DNA of 64,000 nucleotides from Pristiophorus japonicus. Lineage: Eukaryota. Where the stretch lies: positions 66,154,001-66,218,000 of the forward strand of contig NC_091997.1 of NCBI RefSeq assembly GCF_044704955.1. Direction: 5' to 3'. The position numbers were made by a program, and so were the translations under genes. Under the pieces are notes generated by a model. The model ran no database searches, was not told the origin of the DNA, and was given only the letters and a program-made list of their open reading frames with translations. This document shows positions 47,376 through 60,525 of the stretch, one piece after another; the first letter of the stretch is position 1; each line of letters opens with the position of its first letter.

Positions 47376-47771
47376 CGAACACGGTGTAATGGTTATGGTA
47401 CTGGACCAGCAATGCAGAGGGTGAGAGTTCACATCGTGACATTGACTAGAAAATCTGTGGGCTGGCACCAAGGATGTGACCGTGAAATCTGCCGAATTGG
47501 TTTGAAAACCCTACTGGTTCACTAATGTCCTTCAGGCAAGGGTTCCTCCCACCCCTACCAGTCTGTCGTCAGGCACCCTCTTTGCCCTCATTGCTCTCTG
47601 AAATGGCCTAGCCAGCCACTCCATCACCAAAATATGATGGAACGCAGAAGGCCCACCAGCTTCTCGGGGCGACGAGGAATGGGCAGTAAATGCCAAGTCC
47701 CAAGGACACTTTTTATAATGATTATTGCGACGGGAATTCAGCAGCTTATGTCTCGCTGCGTTTGTCCTCAG

Positions 47772-47876
47772 GAGGGTGACCATCGCTGGATCTGCACGGT
47801 CGCAAAAGCCTTGCACGTGCTGCACTCCCTGTTTGGACCTTTCTCCAAGACTTACGGGATTGGCAGGTGCGCAAAG
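47772..47876 (+). CDS. VPS33B: VPS33B exon 8
   Basis: [35 protein letters not shown], 105 nt. Confidence 0.95.
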
Positions 47877-48544
47877 GTAATGGAACATGAAATGAGAATG
47901 GATTAGTAACTAGACTCTGCACCGATCACCTCGGTAGAGCCACTAGTTTACCAACGAACAAAGGACACGGCAAAGTTGGCGGCTGGAATTACACAAACCC
48001 ACTCATCGTATGGACCTCGGCATTTGTGCCGGTGAACTGCATTGAGACTCGTTCCGCGTTGGATTATCACAGCCACCTTATCAGTGTTCCGTCAGCTCCA
48101 TGGCCCAGAGGTGAAAGGTCGCGATTTAACCCTCTGCTTCGCCTAATCCCAACACGTGCACGGTCTCGCAGGGCATTAGAATTGAACCAGGATTGAAGTG
48201 TCAATCTAGATAATGTGCTTAGGTCCTGTGGGAGTCTTGAAGCCACAACCTGCTGACTCGGGGGTGAGAGTGCTACCCACTGAGCTAAATTGACGAGCGT
48301 TAAACACACTTCTCTCAGCTTTGCGACCTTGGGTTCAGATCCAGCCCAGACTCTAGGAATGAAAGTTTCCACTCTGCTGGTTATAAGGATTCTACATGAA
48401 TTGAGTTTGAGTGGCTCAGTCCAGTTCTTGCTGTGCACGGGTCCGCAACTCAAATATCCTTAATTCAGTCTCGCTCCAATTGGCTGCAGGGTGGCCTGTG
48501 GAAAAGCGGTGGGGGTATTGCTCTGAACTTTGGGCTGAGGCTTC

Positions 48545-48990
48545 TGTAGAGGGAGCATTATGCTGTACCTAACCCGTGCTGTACCTGCCCTGGGAGTGTT
48601 TGATGGGACAGTGTAGAGGGAGCTTTACCCTGTATCTAACCCCATGCTGTACCTGCCCTGGGAGTGTTTGATGGGACAGTGTAGAGGGAGCTTTACTCTG
48701 TATCTAACCCCCTATACCTGCCCTGGGAGTGTTTGATGGGACAGTGTAGAGGGAGCATTACTCTGTATCTAACCCCGTGCTGTACCTGCCCTGGGAGTGT
48801 TTGATGGGGACAGTGTAGAGGGAGCTTTACTCTGTATCTAACCCCCTGTACCTGCCCTGGGAGTGTTTGATGGGACAGTGTAGAGGGAGCTTTACTCTGT
48901 ATCTAACCCCGTGCTGTACCTGCCCTGGGAGTGTTTGATGGGACAGTGTAGAGGGAGCTTTACTCTGTGTCTAACCCCGTGCTGTAACTT
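48545..48990 (-). repeat. ~68-bp minisatellite, about 6.5 copies; reverse complement of 23292-23912
   Basis: gctgtacctgccctgggagtgtttgatgggacagtgtagagggagctttactctgtatctaacccc. Confidence 0.95.
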
Positions 48991-49123
48991 GACCTTGACG
49001 CACCCCTAGCACTAACTTCCCCAATTTTGATGAGCACAAAGTTCCCACCAAAAAGGGCAGTGTTGGGTTGTGATCATTTTAGATGTTAAAAGTCATCTCT
49101 GCAGGAGTTACATTTAAAGATAA

Positions 49124-49150
49124 CTCTCTCTGTGTCTCTCACTCTCACTC

Positions 49151-49198
<48 letters not shown>

Positions 49199-51630
49199 GT
49201 CTCTCGCTTTCTCGCCTGTCTCTCTCGCTCTCACTCCTGTCTCTCTTGCTCTCGCTCTCTCTCCTGTCTCTCTCGCTCTCTCTCCTGTCTCTCTCACTCT
49301 CTCTCCTGTCTCTCTCGCTCTCTCTCCTGTCTCTCTCGCTCTCTCTCCTGTCTCTCTCGCTCTCTCTCCTGTCTCTCTCGCTCTCTCTCCTGTCTCTCTC
49401 GCTCTCTCTCCTGTCTCTCTCGCTCTCTCTCCTGTCTCTCTCGCTCTCTCTCCTGTCTCTCTCGCTCTCTCTCCTGTCTCTCTCTCTCGCTCTCTCTCCT
49501 GTCTCTCTCTCTCTCTCTCTCTCCTGTCTCGCTCTCTCTCTCCTGTCTCGCTCTCTCTCTCTCCTGTCTCGCTCTCTCTCTCTCCTGTCTCGCTCTCTCT
49601 CTCTCCTGTCTCGCTCTCTCTCTCTCCTGTCTCGCTCTCTCTCTCTCCTGTCTCGCTCTCTCTCTCTCCTGTCTCGCTCTCTCTCTCTCCTGTCTCGCTC
49701 TCTCTCTCTCTCTCCTGTCTCGCTCTCTCTCTCTCCTGTCTCGCTCTCTCTCTCTCCTGTCTCGCTCTCTCTCTCTCCTGTCTCGCTCTCTCTCTCTCCT
49801 GTCTCGCTCTCTCTCCTGTCTCGCTCTCTCTCTCTCCTGTCTCGCTCTCTCTCTCTCCTGTCTCGCTCTCTCTCTCTCTCCTGTCTCGCTCTCTCTCTCT
49901 CTCTCCTGTCTCGCTCGCTCTCTCTCCTGTCTCGCGCTCTCTCTCCTGTCTCGCTCTCGCGCTCTCTCTCTCCTGTCTCGCTCTCTCTCTCCTGTCTCGC
50001 TCTCTCTCTCTCCTGTCTCGCTCTCTCTCTCTCCTGTCTCGCTCTCTCTCTCTCTCCTGTCTCGCTCTCTCTCTCTCTCCTGTCTCGCTCTCTCTCTCTC
50101 TCTCCTGTCTCGCTCTCTCTCCTGTCTCGCTCTCTCTCTCTCCTGTCTCGCTCTCTCTCTCTCCTGTCTCGCTCTCTCTCTCTCCTGTCTCGCTCTCTCT
50201 CTCTCCTGTCTCGCTCTCTCTCTCTCCTGTCTNNNNNNNNNNNNNNNNNNNNNNNNNNNNNNNNNNNNNNNNNNNNNNNNNNNNNNNNNNNNNNNNNNNN
50301 NNNNNNNNNNNNNNNNNNNNNNNNNNNNNNNNNNNNNNNNNNNNNNNNNNNNNNNNNNNNNNNNNNNNNNNNNNNNNNNNNNNNNNNNNNNNNNNNNNNN
50401 NNNNNNNNNNNNNNNNNNNNNNNNNNNNNNNNNNNNNNNNNNNNNNNNNNNNNNNNNNNNNNNNNNNNNNNNNNNNNNNNNNNNNNNNNNNCTCTCTCCT
50501 GTCTCGCTCTCTCTCCTGTCTCGCCCTCTCTCTCTCCTGTCTCGCCCTCTCTCTCTCCTGTCTCGCTCGCTCTCTCTCCTGTCTCGCTCGCTCTCTCTCC
50601 TGTCTCGCTCTCTCTCTCTCCTGTCTCGCTCTCTCTCTCTCCTGTCTCGCTCGCTCTCTCTCCTGTCTCGCTCGCTCTCTCTCCTGTCTCGCTCGCTCTC
50701 TCTCCTGTCTCGCTCGCTCTCTCTCCTGTCTCGCTCGCTCTCTCTCCTGTCTCGCTCGCTCTCTCTCCTGTCTCGCTCGCTCTCTCTCCTGTCTCGCTCG
50801 CTCTCTCTCCTGTCTCGCTCGCTCTCTCTCCTGTCTCGCTCGCTCTCTCTCCTGTCTCGCTCGCTCTCTCTCCTGTCTCGCTCGCTCTCTCTCCTGTCTC
50901 GCTCGCTCTCTCTCCTGTCTCGCTCGCTCGCTCTCCTGTCTCGCTCGCTCGCTCTCCTGTCTCGCTCGCTCGCTCTCCTGTCTCGCTCGCTCGCTCTCCT
51001 GTCTCGCTCGCTCGCTCTCCTGTCTCGCTCGCTCGCTCTCCTGTCTCGCTCGCTCGCTCTCCTGTCTCGCTCGCTCGCTCTCCTGTCTCGCTCGCTCGCT
51101 CTCCTGTCTCGCTCGCTCGCTCTCCTGTCTCGCTCGCTCTCTCTCCTGTCTCGCTCGCTCTCTCTCCTGTCTCGCTCGCTCTCTCTCCTGTCTCGCTCGC
51201 TCTCTCTCCTGTCTCGCTCGCTCTCTCTCCTGTCTCGCTCGCTCTCTCTCCTGTCTCGCTCGCTCTCTCTCCTGTCTCGCTCTCTCGCTCTCCTGTCTCG
51301 CTCGCTCGCTCGCTCTCCTGTCTCGCTCGCTCTCTCTCCTGTCTCGCTCGCTCGCTCTCTCTCCTGTCTCGCTCGCTCGCTCTCTCTCCTGTCTCGCTCG
51401 CTCGCTCTCTCTCCTGTCTCGCTCGCTCGCTCTCTCTCCTGTCTCGCTCGCTCTCTCTCCTGTCTCGCTCGCTCTCTCTCTCTCCTGTCTCGCTCGCTCG
51501 CTCTCTCTCCTGTCTCGCTCGCTCGCTCTCTCTCCTGTCTCGCTCGCTCGCTCTCTCTCCTGTCTCGCTCGCTCGCTCTCTCTCCTGTCTCGCTCGCTCG
51601 CTCTCTCTCCTGTCTCGCTCGCTCCCTGTC
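49124..51630 (+). repeat. (CT)n-derived ~21-bp polypyrimidine satellite containing an assembly gap
   Basis: ctctctcctgtctcgctcgct variants; Ns at 50233-50491. Confidence 0.97.
50233..50491. other. Assembly gap (259 N)
   Basis: Run of N. Confidence 1.
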
Positions 51631-51648
51631 TATGTGTCTCTCGTTTAG

Positions 51649-51745
51649 ATGACCTACGAGCTGTGGAAGGAGATTGTGGAGGACTCAGAAAATGAATTGA
51701 AACCACGCCAGGCTGACATTGGTCGAGTTTTCTTCGTTGACAGAG
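51649..51745 (+). CDS. VPS33B: VPS33B exon 9
   Basis: MTYELWKEIVEDSENELKPRQADIGRVFFVDR, 97 nt; weak donor GTgctg. Confidence 0.9.
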
Positions 51746-52232
51746 GTGCTGCAGTCTACTGCAAATCAATAATCTACAAAACTGAGCAATGAATTTGCGC
51801 TAAGAACCTGCAGCGTTGAGTGTCCGATTTCCCAGTGCAGTTTGTCCTGCGCCGTGTCTCTCATCGCCTCTGCAGAAGGCACTGGCCCTGGCTGGGGTAT
51901 GGTTCCACAGACTGTCCTCTACAATCTTATTGCGGGTCGGTGCTCTGGTTTTAGCCTAGGAGACAAGTCTCGAAAGACTATCTGCTCATGGTGGGTAGGG
52001 CACCGCAGACAAGGCGCCTTCTGAACTCAACCAACGCACACACAGTATGGAACATAAGAAATATGAGCAGGAGTCGGCCATTCGGCCCCTCGATCCTGCT
52101 CCGCCATTCAATAAGATCATGGCTGATCTGACCTTGGGCTCAACTCCACTTCCCTGCCCGCTCCCCATAACCCTTGACTCCCTTATCGTTCAAAATTCTG
52201 TCCATCTCCACCTTAAATATATTCCATGAGTA

Positions 52233-52635
52233 CAGGTTCAGTGTCGAGAATCCAAAAGTCTCGGGACTGAGGCCGCTCCTGATTCTGTGTATTTCCAGAC
52301 TTCGGAACGTCTTTCCGCCGCCCGAGTCCGGAAACGCCCGGGCCAAGCAGCGGATCGGCCCAGATGTCTCCAGCGTCAATGGTGAAAGCAGCACAAGCAG
52401 AACGTTCCAATACTTCAAAAGACAGCGAGACACAGGAAGCAAGGCAGGCGGAGAACGGGAGCGTACTCACAATGCGGGGGAGGGGGGGGGGGGGTTGGCT
52501 CAAGGTGGCAGGGGAGAGGTCGGTAGCGGCGGCCCGAGGTGGGGGTCCGGATTTTGGAACATTTTCCGGATTCCAGACGACTCCGCCACAGATCGTCCCG
52601 GAATCCAGAACTCCGGATTCTCGACACTGTACCTG
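52233..52635. mobile_element. Tc1/mariner(pogo)-type MITE
   Basis: TA flanks; TIRs caggttcagtgtcgagaatcc / ggattctcgacactgtacctg; CpG-rich interior. Confidence 0.85.
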
Positions 52636-53071
52636 TATTCACAGCACAGAAACAGGCCATTCGGCCCAACTGGTCCGTGCCGGTGTTCATGCTTATGCTC
52701 CACTTGAGCCTCTTCCCACCCCTCGTCACCTGAACCCAATAAAATTACCTTCACACACACACACACACCTTCCAGCCAGGACAGTGATGAGGAACAGGAA
52801 GCCTGGCTGATATTCACTCCTCGGGCGGTGAACGCAGCTGTCTTGGCATGGACTCGATGGGCCAAATGGCCTCCTTGTGTGCTGTAACCATTCTATGATC
52901 TGTGTATTATTGACCTGGCTCTACGGCCTTCCTGGGGGATATGCTCCTGACCACGGTAGGCAGCGCCTTTACCCACTGAGCCATGAGTAGGACGCAGCTC
53001 CCGGGGTCGCTCTGCCTGTAAACGGTATCCCAAGCTGCGCCTGTCATTCTAACCTTGCGCTTTGTTTGCAG

Positions 53072-53149
53072 ATGTGGATTACGTGACTCCTATGTGTTCA
53101 CAAGTTGTGTACGAGGGACTTGTGGACGATGTGTTCAGAATTAAATGCG
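53072..53149 (+). CDS. VPS33B: VPS33B exon 10
   Basis: [26 protein letters not shown], 78 nt. Confidence 0.95.
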
Positions 53150-53614
53150 GTGAGTGAGTCTCTCCACTATCCCATGTGTTGCGTTACATTGATGGCCGCG
53201 AGTTCACAGGGAAGGGGAAGATTGAGAACCAATATCGTTCAGAACTGACTGTAACTGATGGCAGGCAGAGAGGGACTGGGCAGGGCAGTGGGTCGGACAC
53301 TGGCCTTCTCTGGGAATCGGCACGCATTCCGCTTTGTAAACCAGACTAATTGAGTAAATCAGTACAGGAACATGAGGCAGAAAAGGACAGAACAAAGGTA
53401 TTGGGGAGTAGGACACAAACGGAGACAATTACAGGAAGAAAGAAGTTAATTTACTTCAATTTTGTCTGAACCGCACCATGGGTGAGGGGATTCTACCAGC
53501 GAGGGTAACAATCCACCTGGGATCCCATTCCTGATCACTTGTCATTGACTCTTTGCCAGAAAGTGCATGAATAGACATTCGTTAGAGGCAGGATTGATGT
53601 ATATACGTCAATGA

Positions 53615-53968
53615 CGTACTTTTGAAGTGTAGTCACTGTTGTAATGTAGGAAATGTGGCAGCTAATTAGCGCACAGCAAGCTCCCACAAACAGCAATGTG
53701 ATAATGACCAGATAATCTGTTTTGGTGATGTTGGTTGAGGGATAAATATTGGCCCCAGGACACCGGGGAGAACTCCCCTGCTCTTCTTCGAAATAGTTGC
53801 CGTGCGATCTTTCACATCCATCTGAGACGGGGCCTTGGTTCTGAAAGACGGCACCCTCCAACAGTGCAGCACTCCCTCAGTACTACACCGGGAGTGTCAG
53901 CCTAGTGGAGTGGGACTTGAACCCACAGCTTCTGACTCCGAGGCGAGAGTGCTGCCCACTGAGCCACG
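53615..53968 (-). mobile_element. DeuSINE
   Basis: Reverse core and head. Confidence 0.8.
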
Positions 53969-54296
53969 ATGGTTGAATAGGCTGTTGACACTCACTATCA
54001 TGACACTCACAGGTGAATAATGGTGCATCAGGCCGGGTACCAGGACTCTGCCGAGCAGCAGATAACCGTACCACAGCACAAGTTGGTGCTTCCGCAGAGG
54101 GGAGGGGAGTGGAGGAAGAATGAGTGACTGAATGTATTTAGTTTTGGAGTGTGCGACTGTTAATCCTCAGACAGGATAGGTGGACAGTTCAGCTTATCGC
54201 CCCTGACCAAGCCCCTCACTTTCACGGTCCGCTGGTGTACACAATAGGCGTGCTGCTCTAAACAAATTAACTGAAATGTGTTTTGGTGAATTTCAG

Positions 54297-54370
54297 GGAG
54301 TGTGGACTTTGGCTCAGAAGTAACGTCGTCGGATAAAGGTGTGAAAGTGTTGCTGAACTCTCAGGACAAG
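54297..54370 (+). CDS. VPS33B: VPS33B exon 11
   Basis: [25 protein letters not shown], 74 nt. Confidence 0.95.
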
Positions 54371-54934
54371 GTGAGAGAGAAACCCTTCACTGGTCCTACA
54401 ATAATTCTACAATAAAACTGACACAACCTCTACAGACTCGATAACAAAGTAGCATTTGTTCAAACCCTGGGCTGATTTGCCTCACAGTAAAGTAAACTTG
54501 AAGTTTTACAAGTTTAGCAGTATTTCCAAAACTGTGGAACTCCTCACTTCCCTCACCCTAGGGACAGGCAATAAATGTTGGCCTTGCCAGTGACGTCCAC
54601 ATCCCGGAACAAATACAAAGAAAACCCTTTTCTCCAACCATTTACAGCAGAAATGTGCAACGTACAGTCTGACAACTGAAGCCTATTAGTGCTCATTTTT
54701 CACTCACTGCTTTGCCCCAATTGAGTTTTATTGTCCCGGAGGTTTTGGGAATGACTGATCTTGGTGCTGTTGCCTCACTGATGGACAAATCCTAAATCAG
54801 TACACCCAGGATCTGTTCGTATCAGCACCAGGCTTCTTGGTACACACCTAAGCAGCCCAAAAACACATCCATGTCTGGTGTCACCTAATCATTCTCCTAC
54901 CCTTCTTGCTATTTTTAACTTTGGGGTCCTGCAA

Positions 54935-55328
54935 TAGAAGAATGAGAGGGGATCTCATAGTGACATAAAATTCTGACGGGACTGGACAGGTTAGATGCAG
55001 GAAGAATGTTCCTGATGTTGGGGAAGTCCAGAACCAGGGCTCACAGTCTAAGGATAAGGGGTAGGCCATTTAGGACCGAGATGAGGAGAAACTTCTTCAC
55101 CCAGAGAGTGGTGAACCTGTGGAATTCTCTACCACAGAAAGTTGTTGAGGCCAGTTCGTTAGATATATTCAAAAGGGAGTTAGATGTGGCTAAAGGGATC
55201 AAAGGGTATGGAGAGAAAGCAGGAGTGGGGTACTGAAGTTGCATGATCAGCTATGATCATATTGCATGGTGGTGCAGGTTCGAAGGGCCGAATGGCCTAC
55301 TCCTGCACCTATTTTCTATATTTCTATA
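54935..55328 (+). mobile_element. CR1 3' fragment
   Basis: RNFFTQRVVNLWNSLPQKVVEA. Confidence 0.9.
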
Positions 55329-55718
55329 AGGGGATTGGCTCTTCTCCCAGGTTCCTTTGTTGTGAAGAGTGGGGTTCCTAGTGTTCGCATTGCTCTCCGC
55401 CGTCACGCTGCTCTGTGAGCAGAGGTCGGAGCAAGTGCTGCTCTGGGTGAGCTAGACCTACAAAGCACGACTGATTTATGCAAGCGTTCACTTGCTCACA
55501 TACTTGCTCACCCGTGGGTGAGATTCGCTGTGTGCGCTTATACCTGCAGAATGGCCACTGGGGGTGAGGGAGTGAACGACAGCTGGCACCGATGGAGCAA
55601 ACCCCCAGCATGAGCTGTGAATTTTGAGGCTGTTTGTGTTCGATGGGTTAGGGAGGACCAGGGGAAGTGAATAGAAGTTATGCAAGTGTAGAGCTAAATT
55701 AGATGTCAGGAGATATTT

Positions 55719-56430
55719 CATAGAATCATAGAAATTTACAGCACTGAAGGAGGCCATTCGGCCCATCGTGTCCGCGCCGGCCGACAAAGAGCCACCCAGC
55801 CTAATCCCACTTTCCAGCTCTCGGTCCGTAGCCCTGTCGGTTACGGTACTTCAGGTGCACATCCAAGTATTTTTTAAATGTGGTGAGGGTTTCTGCCTCT
55901 ACCACCCTTTCAGGCAGTGAGTTCCAGACCCCCACCGCCCTCCGGGTGAAGAAATTTCTCCTCAAAACCTTTTACAAATTACTTTAAATCTGTGCCCCCT
56001 GGTTGTTGACCCCTCGACTAAGGGAAATAGGTCCTTCTAGCCACTCTATCTAGGCCCCTCAGAATTTTATACACCTCAATAAGGTCTCTCCTCAGCTTCG
56101 CACTTCTCCAGATTGAATTCCATTTGCCACTGTTCTGCCCACCTGAACAGTTCATTGATATCTTCCTGCAGCCCGCAGCTTACTTCTTCATTATCAACCA
56201 CACAGCCAATTTTAGTATCATCTGCAAACTTCTTAATCATACCCCCTATATTCAAGTCTAAATCATTGATATATACCACAAAAAGCAAAGGACCTAGTAC
56301 TGAGCCCTGCGGAACCCCACTGGAAACAGCCTTCCAGTCATAAAAACACCCATCAACCATTACCCTTTGCTTCCTGCCTCTGAACCAATTTCGGATCCAA
56401 ATTGCCACTGTGCCCTGGATCCCATGAACT
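55719..56430 (-). mobile_element. CR1-like fragment (RT part plus tail, with internal deletion)
   Basis: GVPQGSVLGPLLFVVYINDLD...FADDTKIG. Confidence 0.85.
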
Positions 56431-57233
56431 CTTACGACGTGAGTCATCGACTGTTGCCAGCTCATGCAGCGAGTGTGGATTTGCTGCATACTTTCAAAAG
56501 GGAGCGGGATAAGTTTCTCACTGTGGTTGACATCTCTGTGTATAAAGGATAGGTTGGGTATTGGGCAATGTGTTTCCCAGTCACTCTGGTCTCCTAGAAC
56601 CTGTTTGATTGTCTTTGGGGGTCAGAGAGGAATTTCCCAGTTTTTTCCCCAAATTGACCCAGGGTCTTTTCTCTGTGTTTCTGCCTCTTCCAGGAGATTG
56701 AATGGCTGGGGGTGGGGGGGCCGGAAGAATCATGGTGTGCAAAAGTTGCACTTTGACGGTGTGGGACAGGCCTTGATGATGATTCCCTGTCTGTTAGTGT
56801 AGGTTGGTATTGACGAATGTGATACACTGACACCTAGAGCAGTAATCACTAGTTGAGCTGAAGTATTCAAAAGGGAACTGAATTGATTCTGGATTGAGTG
56901 AGGATTGTGGATTTGAAGAAGGGAATGGCCTTTGGTCCCAAAAGCCATTCATTTTTGATATCAATCCCATCAATCAATTTGTTCAACATATCTCTCAATC
57001 CATTCTTTCCCCAGAAACTCATGGAATTACCTCTTGTGCCCGCTTCACTTTCTGCTTCAACAGCCTCCCTGACAACATATTCAATAACTATCACCCTTTG
57101 GGTGAATAAGATTGGGTCTTGGATCAGGCCTCAATGACCGAGTGAGCTGACTGGTCTTTACACACTCGTGCAGTTTTAACTCTCGGGGGCCCCTAATTGT
57201 GCGTCCTTTGTTTAAACATTGCTGCTTTTACAG

Positions 57234-57320
57234 GTTTTCAAAGAGATTCGGAATGAGCATTTCTCCAAAGTGTTTGGGTTCTTGAGCCAGAAAGCACGAA
57301 GGCTCCAGAAGCAGTATGAC
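57234..57320 (+). CDS. VPS33B: VPS33B exon 12
   Basis: [29 protein letters not shown], 87 nt. Confidence 0.95.
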
Positions 57321-57811
57321 GTGAGTATCAATGGGCGAGAGCTCCCGTTCATAGTAATACTGTCCCATGGGGAGGGGCCTCGCACACTTTGAGCGGTGTC
57401 GGGTAGAAATTACAGTGGGTGGGGTTCCTACCAAATTACTTTAACCGAACACGTGGGTATATGTCCCCATTAAGATAGCTCAGTGAGCAGATCACCACCC
57501 TGTCAAATATTGAGTGGTACAGGGCAGGAGATTGCAGTCTCGATTCTTGGCCTGTGCTGATCACAGTTGGGGCAGCATTCAGCACTGTGAGCTCGGCAGG
57601 CTGAAAGGTCAGCCAGGGTTCACTGTCCAGTGACACTTGCTGGAAGGTGTGTGTCTGTGGAGGTCACGTGAGGGCAGGATGGCTCAGTAATGGTGCCACT
57701 TATGGTTCCAGACTTGCTGATGCTGTGTGTCCAGGTCCATACATGGAGAGGGATCAATTTGATGAGGTACTGGAGGACTGGCGGTTACTGTGGAACCATG
57801 TCCTAACATCA

Positions 57812-58270
57812 GCAACAATGACTTGCTTTTATACAGTGCATTTAACATGGTCAAATGCCCTAAGGCGCTTCACAGGAGTGTTATCAAACAAAACTTAACA
57901 CTGAGCTACATAAGGATGTATTAGGATGGGGGGGGAGGTCACAGAGGTAGGTTTTAAGACGCATCCTACAGGAGGAGAGAGAGGTACAGAGGTGGAGAGG
58001 TTTAGGGAGGGAGTTCCAGAGCTTAGGGTTTTGGCTGTTGATGGCACAGCCGCCAGTGGTGGAATGATTAAAATCGGGAATATGCAGGAGGCTGGAATTG
58101 GATGAGCACAGGGGGTGGGGGGGCGGGGTGTGTGGGGCTGGAGGAGGTTACAGAGATAGGGAGGGTTGAGGCCATGGAGGGATTTGAAAACAAGGATGAG
58201 AATATTGAAAGCGAGGAGTTGCTGGACTGGGAGCCAATGTAGGTCAGCGAGAACAGGGGTGATGGGTGCG
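57812..58270 (-). mobile_element. L2 3' fragment
   Basis: Similar to 13412-14345. Confidence 0.75.
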
Positions 58271-58398
58271 AGTTACCCCAACAAGAATCAGTGTCTTCAG
58301 GAGAGGAGGCGAGAAAATTTGAAAAGAAGAAGGGGACATTTCCATGTGTGAGTGCGATAGACAGGCTCTGAGCGACTTCTTTTTGCTGTACCACACAG

Positions 58399-58489
58399 AA
58401 GCGCCAAGGGATGGACATTAAACAGATGAAGGATTTTGTGTCTCAGGAACTAAAGAACTTGAAGCAGGAACATCGATTACTGAGTCTTC
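58399..58489 (+). CDS. VPS33B: VPS33B exon 13
   Basis: [30 protein letters not shown], 91 nt. Confidence 0.95.
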
Positions 58490-59433
58490 GTAAGTACACG
58501 AGAGGCCGGCCTGGAGTTAGGAACACTGTGCCACAGGGAATTAATTTTTGGTGGCACTCATGCACCTGAGTCCGAGTCTGTTGTTTAGCTGTGGCTCTCC
58601 ACTGTGCATTGAGCCCATAACCAAGTTGTTTTGAAGGCCTTTCCTAGATGTGAGAGACGGGACAGGTAGAGTAATGTCACCCAGAGTCATTCATTTCTTG
58701 GGTATTAAGATTCAAATAATTAATCTAGAAACATCAAAATAATTTATTAATAACTTAAACCACTAAAAATAATTATTTAAATCATAGCAAGTACATCTTA
58801 AATTTCTGAGCTGCCTTTAAGCTCCCTTTTTGTGGCCATATTCTGTCCCTTGACAAAAGGGCCATTAAATGCAATTGATGGAAAACTACTTTTATTTTGG
58901 ATCATTGGAATTGCTGGATGAGAAAAGGCCGAGGTCCATCTAATTCACCTTCTACCACCCTGGTAGTCACAGGATCCAACGATAATGGAGTTGTTGACCA
59001 ATCACAGCGATCGATCACGATCAATGAGGCTACAACAGACCCAGACACGAGGTGAGGAAATAGCCCCAGTGGGGGAGAGCTTTGGGGAACCAGAGGCCCA
59101 AAGTCCCGTGTTCCCTCCGAGCTCACTGCACTCGCCACACGGCACAGCTCACATTACTCACATACTGTGTCCCCAAATGTTATTTCCTGAAAGAAATCTG
59201 TATCTAATTTGCATTTTGAATGAACCAGTACCACTTCCACCCTCTCCTTGGGGGAGCGTGATCTGCAGTCTGACCACCCGCTCACTGGGATGATGTTTCC
59301 GCGGATTAGTTTTGAATTTGCCCTCCCTTCAAGGGGGATGCTGTGTCCTCTGGTCCGACAGTTCTGGGCAAGGTGTAAGTCATTTCTGTCAAATCTCAGC
59401 GATTAATGCTTGCTGCATTTCTTTTTCTCTTAG

Positions 59434-59508
59434 ACATTGGAGCGTGTGAGTCCATTATGAAAAAGAAAACGAAGCAGGACTTTCAGGAGCTGTTGAAGTC
59501 TGAGCACG
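59434..59508 (+). CDS. VPS33B: VPS33B exon 14
   Basis: [25 protein letters not shown], 75 nt. Confidence 0.95.
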
Positions 59509-59788
59509 GTACGAAACACACCGAGTCCCAGCCGCTGGGCCGACTGCTCACGCACTGTGGGGCGTGTGTTTTGTTGTAAATGACGGAACCTGGGTGAGGG
59601 CCGAGGTCCACAAAGCGCACCAGCAGGGTGGCAAAGAGTAGGAGAGCAGTGAGGCGGATGAAAAAGTAGTGATTAGGTGACACCCCCCCACCCCCCCCCC
59701 CCCCCGAGCTCGCGTTTTCAAAGCCTGCAGGTTGTAAGTGGAAGGCGAGACTGAGGGTGAGGAGTTCCATAGTTTGGAGTTTCCTGGG

Positions 59789-60055
59789 TGTAATGTATTT
59801 GCTTCATGGGTTCTTTGCTTAAGAATTCATAGCAACACATTGCTATTAAGAACTAGTTGGTTTATTAACAAAGGTTTAACAATCACACTACACATTACCG
59901 GTTCATCCACCAGGCTCACAACCACCTGCCCCATCGTGGATCCCCCGAACCCAACTGGCTGGGGTTTTATTGAGTCTTGTGATCATCACATGACTGGCTA
60001 CGCCACTCACAATGCAACAGCTCTACAAACCATACTCACTGGTGCATACATTACA
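59789..60055 (-). mobile_element. Solo LTR, family B
   Basis: Inverted termini TGTAATGTA...TACATTACA; perfect 5-bp TSD ctggg on both sides; tttatt (AATAAA on the minus strand). Confidence 0.85.
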
Positions 60056-60525
60056 CTGGGGAAGAATGAGTTTGAGGAGGCAGTGTGATGAATCTTGATT
60101 TCTACACAAAAATCACAGAAATCCTCATACAAGAGGAGGCCAAATGTCATCCTGCTGAAGTGATGAATGATACTCTTGTAAAGAGCAAAACTGGGATTTG
60201 GAATCAAATTCCACCTATTGGGATGTTTGCAGGAATTTCCTTGTGTCAGAAATTGATAGCGATGTAAAATTCCAATGACCGAATGATAGACGTATCACAG
60301 GAGGGGGCAACCTCCAATGCCAAGGGTACCTGGTTTCAAAAGGTAACATCTGGGAGCTGGACAGATGGCAGTGAGGGCCTCTTGTCGTATGTCGGTGCAT
60401 CTTGCAAGTGTGTTCTTCGCTTGTCCCAAAGGCCAGCTTATTTTTTGTTCATGTCCCAGTTTTCTGAAGTTCTTCTGTGTGCCTTTGATTAGTGTCCTGT
60501 TTACTGACTGGCTTTCCCTCCACAG

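Noticed and set aside
49083-51769. 838-872 aa ORFs on both strands
   Set aside because: Translation of a stop-free CT satellite and an N gap; intronic; no coding signature.
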